From contig CAWCPV010000003.1 in NCBI GenBank assembly GCA_963797555.1, positions 576,001 to 640,000 on the forward strand: a stretch of DNA of 64,000 nucleotides, in the 5' to 3' direction. The stretch comes from an uncultured Gammaproteobacteria bacterium (GTDB lineage Bacteria; Pseudomonadota; Gammaproteobacteria; CAWCPV01). Each line of letters begins with the position of its first letter. Within the stretch, counting starts at the first letter, position 1. The notes beneath the pieces are model-generated. The model saw only the letters and a list, made by a program, of their open reading frames with translations, was not told the DNA's origin and searched no databases. Positions 1-9,198 of the stretch are shown here, one piece after another. Made by a program: the position numbers and the translations under genes.

Positions 1-905
1 GGGTCGCTCCCGTTACCGTGGGCACGGCGACGGTCGCATGGGAACGCCGGAACCGCGAAGCCATCGTCGTCGGCTCCACCGCCGACTTCTTCCAGGTGCG
101 CCACCTGCAGCTCGCCCAGGGCCGTTTCTTTCCGCCCGGGGACCCGCGCCGGGCGGCGCGGGTGTGCGTCATCGGAGAGACGATTCGCCAGGAGCTGTTC
201 GGGGCCCGCCCGGCGCTCGGGGAGTCCCTGCGCATCGGGGACAGGCGCTTCCGCGTCATCGGAACCCTGGCCTCGCGGGGGGAGTCTTTGGGCATGAAGC
301 TGGACGAGATGGTGGTGATCCCGGTGGCCTCCGCGCAGAGGCTCTTCAACACACCTTCGCTGTTCCGCATCCTGGTCGAAGCCCGCAGCCGCGAGGTTAT
401 CGACACGGCCAAGCGCGAGGTGCTGGACATCGTCCGGCAGCGTCACGAGGGCGAGGAGGACATCACCGTGGTCACCCAGGACTCCGTGCTCGCGACCTTC
501 GACCGCATTCTCCGGGCACTGACCATGGCCGTCGGGGGCATCGCGGCCATCAGCCTGCTGGTCGCCGGGATCCTTATCATGAACGTCATGCTCGTCGCCG
601 TGTCGCAGCGCACCGCGGAGATAGGTCTGCTGAAGGCGCTGGGAGCTCCGGCGCGCAACATCCTGATCCTGTTTGTCACCGAGGCGACGGTGCTGTCGAC
701 GGCGGGGGCGCTCCTGGGACTGGCCGTCGGCGAGACCGGCAGTTGGGTCATCGGGAGGATCTACCCCAGCTTGCCGGTCGCCCCACCCTGGTGGGCCATC
801 GCCGCAGCCCTGGGAGTCGCGGTAGCCACGGGCCTGCTGTTCGGCGTGTTACCCGCGTCGCGCGCGGCGAAGCTCGATCCGGTGCGGTCTCTGGCCCCGC
901 GCTGA
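1..905 (+). CDS. ABC transporter permease, MacB/FtsX family (5' end truncated by window)
   Basis: MacB periplasmic core followed by an FtsX TM segment with GILIMNVMLVAVSQRTAEIGLLKALGA; C-terminal PASRAAKLDPV. Confidence 0.9.
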   Translation, partial: VAPVTVGTATVAWERRNREAIVVGSTADFFQVRHLQLAQGRFFPPGDPRRAARVCVIGETIRQELFGARPALGESLRIGDRRFRVIGTLASRGESLGMKLDEMVVIPVASAQRLFNTPSLFRILVEARSREVIDTAKREVLDIVRQRHEGEEDITVVTQDSVLATFDRILRALTMAVGGIAAISLLVAGILIMNVMLVAVSQRTAEIGLLKALGAPARNILILFVTEATVLSTAGALLGLAVGETGSWVIGRIYPSLPVAPPWWAIAAALGVAVATGLLFGVLPASRAAKLDPVRSLAPR

Positions 906-951
906 GCGCAGGCCATGCTGCGGCCGGAACCTTAGATTCGGAAGGTCGGAC

Positions 952-2151
952 ATGCTGTTTCTGGACTTCGTGAAGCTATCCGTCGGGTCACTCGTGGCCC
1001 ATCGGGTACGCAGTCTGCTCACCGCCCTCGGGATCGCCGTGGGCATTGCGGCCGTCGTGCTGCTCACTTCCATCGGAGAGGGCATCCACCGCTTCGTCCT
1101 CTCCGAGTTCACGCAGTTCGGCACTCATCTCATCGCCATCACCCCCGGACGCGCCACCACGCACGGGGTATCCATCGGCATTCTGGGCACCGTCCGCCCG
1201 CTCAGCATCGACGACGCCCAGGCCATGCGGCGTCTGCCGGACGTGCTCGCGACGGTGCCGGTCGTGCAGGGCAACGCTCGCGTGGAGTGGGAACGCAGGA
1301 GCCGCCGCGCCAATGTCTTCGGGGTGGGCGCCGAGGTCCCCGAGGTGTGGCGGTTCAAGGTGGGCTCGGGCAGCTTCCTGCCCCCGGACGATCCCCAGGC
1401 CGCGCGGGCATTCGCCGTCCTCGGCAGCAAGCTGTGGGCGGAGTTGTTCGGCGGCACCCATCCGCTCGGCCAACGCATCCGCGTGGGCGGGGACCGCTAC
1501 CGCGTCATCGGAGTCATGGAGCCCAAGGGCCAGTTCCTCGGCTTCGACATCGACGATGCGGTGTACGTCCCCGCAGCCAAGGCCCTGCAGCTTTTCAATC
1601 GGGAAGGGCTGATGGAGGTGGATGTGCTCTACGCCGCGGACGCGCCGGTCAGCCGCGTGGTGGATGCCTTGCGCCGCCACCTCGTGGCCCGCCACGGGCT
1701 GCAGGACTTCACCATCGTCACGCAGGAGCAGATGCTGGACGTGCTCGGGTCGGTGCTGAACGTGCTGACTTTCGCGGTGGGTGCGCTGGGCGGCATTTCG
1801 CTCCTGGTGGGAGCGGTGGGCATCCTGACCATCATGACCATTGCGGTCAACGAGCGCACCGCGGAGATCGGCCTGCTGCGCGCCATCGGAGCGAAGCGTC
1901 AGCAGGTTCTGGCGCTGTTCCTGGCGGAAGCCGCCCTGGTGGCCGCCCTGGGCGGCCTGGCCGGCCTGGGCCTCGGGGCCGGAGGGGCCTGGCTGCTGGG
2001 GACATTCGTCCCGACCTTGCCGGTACATACTTCGTGGACTTATGCGCTGCTGTCCGAGGTCGTCGCTGCCGCCATTGGTCTCGCGGCCGGGGTGTTGCCG
2101 GCCCGGCGCGCGGCGGCTTTGGACCCGGTCGAGGCCCTGCGCGCCGAGTGA
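952..2151 (+). CDS. ABC transporter permease, MacB/FtsX family
   Basis: RSLLTALGIAVGIAAV N-terminus; NERTAEIGLLRAIGA; PARRAAALDPVEALRAE; GAAGG upstream of the ATG. Confidence 0.92.
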   Translation: MLFLDFVKLSVGSLVAHRVRSLLTALGIAVGIAAVVLLTSIGEGIHRFVLSEFTQFGTHLIAITPGRATTHGVSIGILGTVRPLSIDDAQAMRRLPDVLATVPVVQGNARVEWERRSRRANVFGVGAEVPEVWRFKVGSGSFLPPDDPQAARAFAVLGSKLWAELFGGTHPLGQRIRVGGDRYRVIGVMEPKGQFLGFDIDDAVYVPAAKALQLFNREGLMEVDVLYAADAPVSRVVDALRRHLVARHGLQDFTIVTQEQMLDVLGSVLNVLTFAVGALGGISLLVGAVGILTIMTIAVNERTAEIGLLRAIGAKRQQVLALFLAEAALVAALGGLAGLGLGAGGAWLLGTFVPTLPVHTSWTYALLSEVVAAAIGLAAGVLPARRAAALDPVEALRAE

Positions 2152-2263
2152 CGGTCGGTCGAGGTGTGCCAACCCTGTTGACGCCCCTTGTGGCGCATGG
2201 GGAGAATAGGTGCCCGTTTGCTTGGGACCGGTGAGCCGAATGCGCTGGCACGGAGGTAGCCCA

Positions 2264-3232
2264 GTGGACTCTTCCTTTGCGACACGCATCTCCAACTTCA
2301 TCGGGGTAGAGTTCAGCCCTGTCGACCATGTCGAGAAGCTGGTCTCGGCGATCGGCGGCTTCATCGGGATCCTGATCGTCGCCTGGACCAGCACCTACTT
2401 CGTCGGAGCACATGCCTCGACCCTCGTGGTCGCCTCCATGGGGGCCTCGGCGGTGTTGCTGTTCGCCGTTCCCCACGGCCCCCTCTCGCAGCCTTGGCCA
2501 TTGCTGGGCGGGCACTTGGTCTCGGGCATCATCGGCGTCGCCTGCGCCCGTGCGGTCCCGGAGATCTTTCTGGCGGCAGCGCTCGCAGTGTCTCTCGCCA
2601 TCTGGGCGATGCATTACCTGCGTTGCATCCACCCTCCCGGGGGTGCGACCGCCCTGACCGCCGTGATCGGCGGCGCCAGCGTGCAGGCATTGGGATACCG
2701 CTACGTGCTCGCGCCGGTGCTGATCAACGTCCTGGTGATCCTCTGCGCGGCGGTGCTGGTCAATTACCTGTTCCCGTGGCGACGCTATCCCGTGGGTCTG
2801 GTCCGTCGGCGGGAGGAAGCAGTCCGGCTTCCGCCGGCCCAGTTGGAGGAACAGGCCGGGATCACCCACGCCGACCTGGAGTACGCGCTGCGCGAGATCG
2901 ACTCCTTCATCGACGTGACCGAAGAGGATCTGGCGCGCATCTATACGTTGGCCGCCGAGCACTCCGCCCACCGTCACCTGCAGCCCTCGCAGATCCAGGT
3001 GGGGCGCGCCTACAGCAACGGTCGGTACGGCGAGAGCTGGGAGGTGCGCCAAGTCGTGGATGCCGCCGGCGACGCGAGCCCGAGCAAGGATGTCGTCGTC
3101 TACAAGGTCGTGGCGGGGATGAACCGCCGCACCTCCGGCACGTGCACACGCCAGGAGTTCGCGTCCTGGGCGAAGTACGAGGTATCCCGCAACGAGTATT
3201 ACTGGCAGCGCGTCCCCAAGGAGGTCGCCTGA
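2264..3232 (+). CDS. HPP family membrane protein with soluble C-terminal extension
   Basis: SMGASAVLLF, PLSQPW and CIHPPGGATA motifs; GGAGG RBS before the GTG at 2264 (ORF track starts at 2210). Confidence 0.88.
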   Translation: MDSSFATRISNFIGVEFSPVDHVEKLVSAIGGFIGILIVAWTSTYFVGAHASTLVVASMGASAVLLFAVPHGPLSQPWPLLGGHLVSGIIGVACARAVPEIFLAAALAVSLAIWAMHYLRCIHPPGGATALTAVIGGASVQALGYRYVLAPVLINVLVILCAAVLVNYLFPWRRYPVGLVRRREEAVRLPPAQLEEQAGITHADLEYALREIDSFIDVTEEDLARIYTLAAEHSAHRHLQPSQIQVGRAYSNGRYGESWEVRQVVDAAGDASPSKDVVVYKVVAGMNRRTSGTCTRQEFASWAKYEVSRNEYYWQRVPKEVA

Positions 3233-3382
3233 GCCCGGCGACTCAGCGTCCGCTGGCCGCCGACGCCAGCCGCGGGCTATCGTGCGGTGCGCCCGCTTTC
3301 CCCGGGTTGCAGGCTGCGGCTTGGAAAGCCCGCTTCACGCCCCCATCTTCGGCGCTCGATTCCCTGTTGCAGGAGAACGTCC

Positions 3383-4003
3383 GTGAGCCCGCGATTGCGT
3401 GCTGTGCTTGCCCTCATGCTGACGCTGCTTCTTTCCGGCTGTGGATACAATCGGCTGCAGACCTCGGACGAGCAGATCAAGGCGAGCTGGGCGGAAGTGC
3501 TCAACCAGTACCAGCGACGGGCCGACTTGGTGCCGAATCTGGTCAACACCGTAAAGGGCTATGCGGCCCAAGAGCAGAGAGTGCTCCTGGGGGTCACCGA
3601 GGCGCGCTCCAGAGTGGGTGCCATCCAGGCCACGCCCGAACTCATCAACGACGAAGCCGCATTCAAGAAGTTCCAGGCCGCACAGGGCGAGCTGTCCTCG
3701 GCCCTTTCGCGGCTGTTGGTGGTGGCGGAGAGCTACCCGCAGCTCAAGTCCGACGCTAACTTCCGCGACCTCCAGGCACAACTGGAGGGGACCGAGAACC
3801 GCATCGCGGTCGCACGCAACCGCTATATCAAGGCGGTTCAGGAATACAACGGCTTGGTGCGGCGCTTCCCGTCCAATCTGACCGCGAAGCTGTTCGGCTA
3901 CGTAGTGAAGCCCACCTTCGCCGTGGAGCACGAACGGGAGATCTCCAAGCCGCCGACGGTGGACTTCGGCCTGCCCGCGCAGCCCCCGGCCAACGTCCGT
4001 TGA
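3383..4003 (+). CDS. lemA: LemA family lipoprotein
   Basis: LLLSGCGYN lipobox, YQRRADLVPNLV, YPQLKSD, LEGTENRI; AGGAG RBS before the GTG at 3383. Confidence 0.93.
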   Translation: MSPRLRAVLALMLTLLLSGCGYNRLQTSDEQIKASWAEVLNQYQRRADLVPNLVNTVKGYAAQEQRVLLGVTEARSRVGAIQATPELINDEAAFKKFQAAQGELSSALSRLLVVAESYPQLKSDANFRDLQAQLEGTENRIAVARNRYIKAVQEYNGLVRRFPSNLTAKLFGYVVKPTFAVEHEREISKPPTVDFGLPAQPPANVR

Positions 4004-4869
4004 TAGGGCCACGCCTTTTAGCGTTTGTCGCACTCTTAACGCTCGCGGCCGGGGCGGCGAGCGCCGAGGTGGCGGTTCCGGCCCTCAAGACCCCGGTGAC
4101 GGACCTGACAGGGACGCTCACTGCCCAGCAGACGCAAGATCTCGATCGGATTTTGGCGGCGTTCGAGAGGGAGAAAGGCTCCCAGGTCGCTGTCTTGATA
4201 GTGCCCACGACTCGCCCGGAGACTATCGAGCAATACGGTATCCGGGTCGCCGACGCGTGGAAGCTCGGACGCAAGGGTGTGGACGACGGAGCGATCCTGC
4301 TCGTCGCGAAAGACGACCGGAGTTTGCGGATCGAGGTCGGCTACGGCCTGGAAGGCGTCCTCCCGGACGCGACTGCGGAGCGCATCATCAGCGAGACCAT
4401 TGCTCCCCGGTTCAAGGCCGGAGACTTCTACGACGGCATCCTGGTCGGGGTGCGGCGCATTACCGGGGTGATCCGGGGGGAGCCGCTGCCGCCTCCTCCG
4501 GCGCGGCGCGTCGAGGCGCAGGGAAGGGGCAGCATCGACACGTTGTTCGCCATGGTCTTCGCGGCAGCCGTGGTAGGGAGCTTCCTCTCCCTCGTCTTCG
4601 GTCGTCTGACTGCCGGCATTGTCACCGGCGGCGTAACCGGCTTGCTCGCGTGGCTGCTGCTGTCCTCCGTGCTCATGGCGCTCCTTGCCGGCGCCGCGGC
4701 GTTCGTGCTGTCGGTGGGCGAGGTATTCAGGCAGGGATACCGCAGCGGCGGCTGGCCGGGAGGTCCGTGGTCCGGCGGGGGCTGGTCGGCTGGGGGAGGG
4801 TCCAGCGGCGGCACATGGGGAGGCGGGGGCGGCGGCTTCGGGGGCGGAGGTGCTTCGGGGCGTTGGTGA
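4000..4869 (+). CDS. TPM domain (YgcG-like) membrane protein with Gly-rich tail
   Basis: VTDLTGTL, WKLGRKGVDDGAILLVAKDDR, IEVGYGLEG; terminal GGGFGGGGASGRW. Confidence 0.92.
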   Translation: MIGPRLLAFVALLTLAAGAASAEVAVPALKTPVTDLTGTLTAQQTQDLDRILAAFEREKGSQVAVLIVPTTRPETIEQYGIRVADAWKLGRKGVDDGAILLVAKDDRSLRIEVGYGLEGVLPDATAERIISETIAPRFKAGDFYDGILVGVRRITGVIRGEPLPPPPARRVEAQGRGSIDTLFAMVFAAAVVGSFLSLVFGRLTAGIVTGGVTGLLAWLLLSSVLMALLAGAAAFVLSVGEVFRQGYRSGGWPGGPWSGGGWSAGGGSSGGTWGGGGGGFGGGGASGRW

Positions 4870-4870
4870 C

Positions 4871-5377
4871 ATGTACCGCAAGCGCATGCTCCGTCATCTC
4901 CTTGCGCCCGCCATGTCGGTGCGGCGCGCGCTGCCCCGCTCTGCATCGGATACCATCGAGCGGGCAGTCCGCGAGGTGGAGGCGGCTTGCGCCGGCCAAG
5001 TCCGTGTCGCGGTGGAGGGTGCGCTGGGTTTACGGCCGCTGCTGCGAGGGCAAAGCGCGCGCGAGCGGGCGGTCGAAGTCTTCTCCGAGCTCCGCGTGTG
5101 GGACACGGAGCGCAACAACGGCGTCCTCATCTATCTGCTCCTGGCGGACCGGGACGTTGAGATCGTCGCCGACCGGGGCATCCACGGGAGAGTGGGGACC
5201 GAGGGGTGGGAGCCCATCTGTCGCGACATGGAGGAGGCGTTTCGGGCCGGTCGCTTCGAGCAGGGCCTGATCGCGGGGATCCAGGCCGTGGGCCGTCATC
5301 TGTGTAGCCATTTTCCGGGCGAAGCTCCCGGGCCGAACGAGCTTCCCGATAGGCCCGAACTGAGCCCTCGGGCCTGA
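4871..5377 (+). CDS. TPM domain protein (second member of the lemA-TPM operon)
   Basis: VWDTERNNGVLIYLLLADRDVEIVADRGI and NELPDRP motifs; ATG 1 nt after the upstream stop. Confidence 0.9.
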   Translation: MYRKRMLRHLLAPAMSVRRALPRSASDTIERAVREVEAACAGQVRVAVEGALGLRPLLRGQSARERAVEVFSELRVWDTERNNGVLIYLLLADRDVEIVADRGIHGRVGTEGWEPICRDMEEAFRAGRFEQGLIAGIQAVGRHLCSHFPGEAPGPNELPDRPELSPRA

Positions 5378-5491
5378 CATCACCCGCTCTGGCGAAGGGC
5401 TGCTCGGTACCGAAACCCCAGCGTCGTAGAAAAGGGGCCTCTTCTCCCCACCGGACATTTGCTCGTCAGCGCTTGACCGTGCTGCGCTGCA

Positions 5492-5932
5492 CTACCATGC
5501 CTTGTACGGCAGGAACTTGCCGTTCATCGTTATCACGACGCGGTCGCCCTTCGGGTCCGCCTGCTTGTCGATGTCCAGGCTGAAGTCGATAGCGCTCATG
5601 ATGCCGTCGCCGAACTTCTCGTGAATGATCTCCTTGATGGTGTCGCCGTAGACGCCGACGATCTCGTACAGGCGGTAGACGACGGGATCCTGCGGCACCG
5701 CTTTATCCCATGCCTTGTGTGGGAACGCCTGAAGCGCTTCGAAGATATCTCCACCCAGCCCGAGGGACTCGCAGACCTTGTCCGCAGACTGCTTTGGCAT
5801 GCTGTTCATGCCGAGACAAGCCGAGGTCACCCATACCGTTCCCATGCCCACCCGGGCAGCGATCTGCTCCCAGGTCAGGGCTTTTTCTTTCTTCGCCCTC
5901 AGGATCGCGTCCTTCATCTTGTTCTTGGTCAT
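5492..5932 (-). CDS. cynS: Cyanate hydratase (cyanase)
   Basis: PQDPVVYRLYE, IHEKFGDGIMSAIDF and GKFLPY motifs; GAGGAAGAGG RBS. Confidence 0.96.
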   Translation of the reverse strand: MTKNKMKDAILRAKKEKALTWEQIAARVGMGTVWVTSACLGMNSMPKQSADKVCESLGLGGDIFEALQAFPHKAWDKAVPQDPVVYRLYEIVGVYGDTIKEIIHEKFGDGIMSAIDFSLDIDKQADPKGDRVVITMNGKFLPYKAW

Positions 5933-6492
5933 GTGCAATTCCTCTTCCTCACGGTGAATCCAGCCGGATGGTGCGGGCTGCCCGCTGCCCGCACCTTACC
6001 CGTCGTCGGCCCCTGTGCCCGACGCGCCTCTGGCGGAGATGCGGAGCGGATGGGGTTGGCGCGAAAACTCAGCGCCGGCTAGGGTCCGGACAGTGTCTGG
6101 AGCGAGTGCGGGAGGCCGACCCTCGCATTACTACAGAGGCTCGTCGTGGCCGCCAGCAATGCTCTCAGAGCTGGTGAATGAAGTCGTCCACGGGAAGCAC
6201 GACCGGCATTCTGCGCCAGTCGCAGCACGCCGCACGGCAGGCTTGACTTACCCAGGCGGCGCGCGCTGGTTGAGGTCATCAGCCCCGCGCCGCTAGTATA
6301 AGGCGGGCGCGGCCGCGGCGTTTCGCGTCAGCCGCAGAATGTCCATGGGGCATTGGGATGCGCACTCGATGTCATGAAAAGAATTCCGTCCTTCCAAAAG
6401 TGCATCCCTACCGATAGGCTTTTGCTGCGGTCGTCGCGGCGCTTTCGGGCGGGGGCCCGCTCCTCGCCGATGATCTGCCGGGCCGCACCGTC

Positions 6493-8046
6493 GTGACGCC
6501 GAAAGTGTCGCCCCGGCTTCCATGTCTCCTGATCCTGCTTTTGGTACCTGGGGTGGGGGCCGGTACGGGTACGGTCGACCCAGCCAGTACGCCGCACGCA
6601 CCCTCCGCCCCGCCCGAGCGCCCCGTCTCTGCGGCGCCGACCCCGGCCGTAGCGCACTGGCTGTCACTGCTGGCGAAGGAGGTGCCTCCGCTACAGCGTG
6701 AGCGGGGGAACCGATGGCCGCTCGTCCTATGGAGCGGTCCAGGGTACGAGCCGCTGCCGTCTGACAGCATCCGCATGTTGCTCGCCAGGGGCATCACGCA
6801 GCCGATCCGCCTGGACGACCGGATGATATTTACCGCCTTGGCGCTGCAAGAGGCGGGTTCGCCGGTGATTGCGCTGGAGGGTCGCAGCGCGGCCTGGCCC
6901 GGCAACCTCTGGCCTTATGACTTGGCCGGCGACAAGAGCGAGTGGGCACATCAGTATCCCCCGGATCAGAATGTCCCGGACCGCTGGCGCCGCATGCCGT
7001 CTCCTACCTGTTTCAAGGGATGGGCCATCGCTGCAGATCGGATACGGGAGACGCTGCGACGCTTCAAAGAAGCAGGTGTCACCGTCGACGCCATGTGGCT
7101 GGATTATGAGGGCGAGCCGAGCCAGGCTAGCTACGAGGCCGCGAAGGCGTCGCCCGGAACCCGAGAGTTGCTGCCGCCGCGGGCGCTGGAGAGCGAAGAC
7201 GCGTTCTACCGATACAAGCGCCAACTTTGGGTGCAACTGATGTCGGCCTACGTGGCGGCGCCGGCGCGGGAGATCTTCCCCAAGGTATCGGTGACTAACT
7301 GGGCGCTCACTCTGTCTTCTCCGGAGTTTCCGGTCTACGGCTGGGAGGACCAACCGCACCCTCCCTTGGGGCCGACCTTGTTCACGGCGACGAACCCCAT
7401 CGCGTACGCCATCGGGCGATTCCTAGTCCGCACCCAGAAGGCTCAATACCCACGGGATCGCCGTCACGTCGACGCGATCTACATGCATCTGATGCTCAGG
7501 CAGGTGTCCGCGGACGCGTACAACCGCCAGAAGCTGGCGCCCTACATGGGCGCGATAGTGTGGGTGAGCCGCTGGGTGCCCGACGGGGGCGACCCGGGCA
7601 CGCCAGTGATGAGTCGGGAGGCCTATCGGGAGGCCCTGCGCCACCTGTGGCTACGGGGAGTGGATGCCATGGAAGTGTTCAACCCGGTACGGAAAGGCTA
7701 CGAGAACATGTCGCTGTACGAGGTCCAGGATGCCGCCGCGATCTATGACGAGATGCTGAGTTTCAGGCGCTTCCTGGACCACGGCGTGGTCATGAACTAC
7801 GCCTACCCTCCCCTGTCGGACGACGGTCCGATGTGGTCCGGCATGCGCCTGGGCGATGAGGCACTCGTCCGCGTCGCCAGCCTGGGGGCACCGGGGAAGA
7901 CTGTCCAGGTGACCGCGTGGCGAGGTTACCCGGTCAGCTTGCCGGCCACCGAGTCCGGGAGCACATATCTGCTGCGGCTGCGCAACGACCTGCACTGCGT
8001 GGAGGTGACCGAAGTCGGCGCCCCCTCCGGTGGGAAGGAGTTGTGA
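6493..8046 (+). CDS. Secreted hypothetical protein, possibly a glycoside-hydrolase-like barrel
   Basis: 517-aa ORF with signal peptide and Pro/Ala linker; VDAMWLDYE motif; family not recognised. Confidence 0.65.
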   Translation: MTPKVSPRLPCLLILLLVPGVGAGTGTVDPASTPHAPSAPPERPVSAAPTPAVAHWLSLLAKEVPPLQRERGNRWPLVLWSGPGYEPLPSDSIRMLLARGITQPIRLDDRMIFTALALQEAGSPVIALEGRSAAWPGNLWPYDLAGDKSEWAHQYPPDQNVPDRWRRMPSPTCFKGWAIAADRIRETLRRFKEAGVTVDAMWLDYEGEPSQASYEAAKASPGTRELLPPRALESEDAFYRYKRQLWVQLMSAYVAAPAREIFPKVSVTNWALTLSSPEFPVYGWEDQPHPPLGPTLFTATNPIAYAIGRFLVRTQKAQYPRDRRHVDAIYMHLMLRQVSADAYNRQKLAPYMGAIVWVSRWVPDGGDPGTPVMSREAYREALRHLWLRGVDAMEVFNPVRKGYENMSLYEVQDAAAIYDEMLSFRRFLDHGVVMNYAYPPLSDDGPMWSGMRLGDEALVRVASLGAPGKTVQVTAWRGYPVSLPATESGSTYLLRLRNDLHCVEVTEVGAPSGGKEL

Positions 8047-8092
8047 TGCGGTCGCTGCTGGCGCGAACCGCATCGGCATCCACTAGCAACTG

Positions 8093-8155
8093 GTGAAGAA
8101 ATCGTCGCGATCACCCCGGGAGCGAGCAAGGCGCGTGGAGCGCAGCGACGAGACA
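8093..8155 (+). repeat. Degenerate partial copy of the MITE at 45457-45597
   Basis: gtgaagaaatcgtcgcga...gagcaaggcg...ggagcgcagcgacgagaca matches the reverse complement of ~45533-45592. Confidence 0.75.
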
Positions 8156-8431
8156 ACCAGTGCAACGGCGCGGCTACGTCGTTGCTGCGCCAGCAGGTCG
8201 CAGGCGGAGGGCGGCAACCGGTCGCGAAACGGTTCTGGGGCTATCCGAAGAAGCTCTTCTTGGCCAAGAGGATCCCGGACTCAACACGCTGCCGGAGCAC
8301 AACATCCGGCAGGCCGTGCACGCGCGTGGGACGAAAATTTTACCTACCGTTGACTGGCCCGTGACGGGCCTGGCTCATCCTTATGATCAGGACAGGAATC
8401 GAGGACGGCATTGGCCGGCACGGTGGTTTCG

Positions 8432-8920
8432 ATGAACGGGCACCTCACCAAGCACCGCCTTTGTCGACAGAACGACGAGTTTCGCGGGACGGGTGGTGTG
8501 AGTTCCGGCAACTGCTCCTTGGGCTTCACGCCGGCTTTTCTGGACAGCGAGACCGGACGCATCTACCGTTCCTGCTACGGCGACGGGAGGCCCGCGCCGA
8601 TCCATCTCTTAGACGGGCTCCCATCTGTCCTCCGAGTCCGGCCGGATGGCAAGAGACCTGCGACGGCCGTAAAGGGCTCGGTGATCCCCGGGTTCGCGTG
8701 CAACGGCCACTTCTATACCCGCGCCGAGGCGGCCCTGGCGGTCGCGCGGGAGATGCCCGGATCGGCGATGCCGGAGATTGGAAGCTTGGGTGAACACGCT
8801 GTTCAGTTGGCGCATTCCCTGGCAGAGATTGCCCTCCGGGGTCTCCACGACGAGACGGTAATGGTTGGTCATCAGGCAGTAGGCGTGACAGATCCAGTGG
8901 AACCGCTCCGCCACCCCTGA
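8432..8920 (+). CDS. Conserved hypothetical protein; 3' end runs through a transposase remnant
   Basis: GTGGVS..N...GF.PAFLD.ETG..Y...DGRPAP.HLLDGLP...GF...FYTR.EAA pattern, recalled from small proteobacterial hypothetical proteins. Confidence 0.7.
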   Translation: MNGHLTKHRLCRQNDEFRGTGGVSSGNCSLGFTPAFLDSETGRIYRSCYGDGRPAPIHLLDGLPSVLRVRPDGKRPATAVKGSVIPGFACNGHFYTRAEAALAVAREMPGSAMPEIGSLGEHAVQLAHSLAEIALRGLHDETVMVGHQAVGVTDPVEPLRHP

Positions 8921-9041
8921 GAGGATTTGCTGAAAGCGGTTGCGGTCGTGATCGATCCTCGTGGATCGGCTCCCCTCGGTCACCTCTGGAGGCGAGCTGA
9001 TAGAGCGCACCTTCGAATTCGATGCGTAACGGTCGGGCCAT
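8750..9041 (-). pseudogene. Y1/REP-associated tyrosine transposase (RAYT-like) fragment
   Basis: MARPLRIEFEGALYQLASRGDR, then after a frameshift CHAYCLMTNHYRLVVETPEGNL..GMRQLN...RSGHL; truncated. Confidence 0.85.
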
Positions 9042-9198
9042 GGGAGCATGATGATGGTAGACCCCGCGCGCGCTCGTCGATCTCCCGCCCGTCCATGGCG
9101 CGCGTAGCGGCGTATGATCCCGCTCTGTAGCGCCGACCCGCGCACCCATCGTGCGTGCACCGCACGCCACTATCGAGGACCAACGCTCGCCTCCACCC

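Noticed and set aside
4740-4869. G-rich low-complexity repeat
   Set aside because: It simply encodes the usual Gly-rich tail of TPM/YgcG proteins.
5940-6490. Riboswitch, ANTAR leader or sigma54 promoter upstream of cynS
   Set aside because: No correctly spaced -24/-12 box or recognisable aptamer or twin-hairpin motif.
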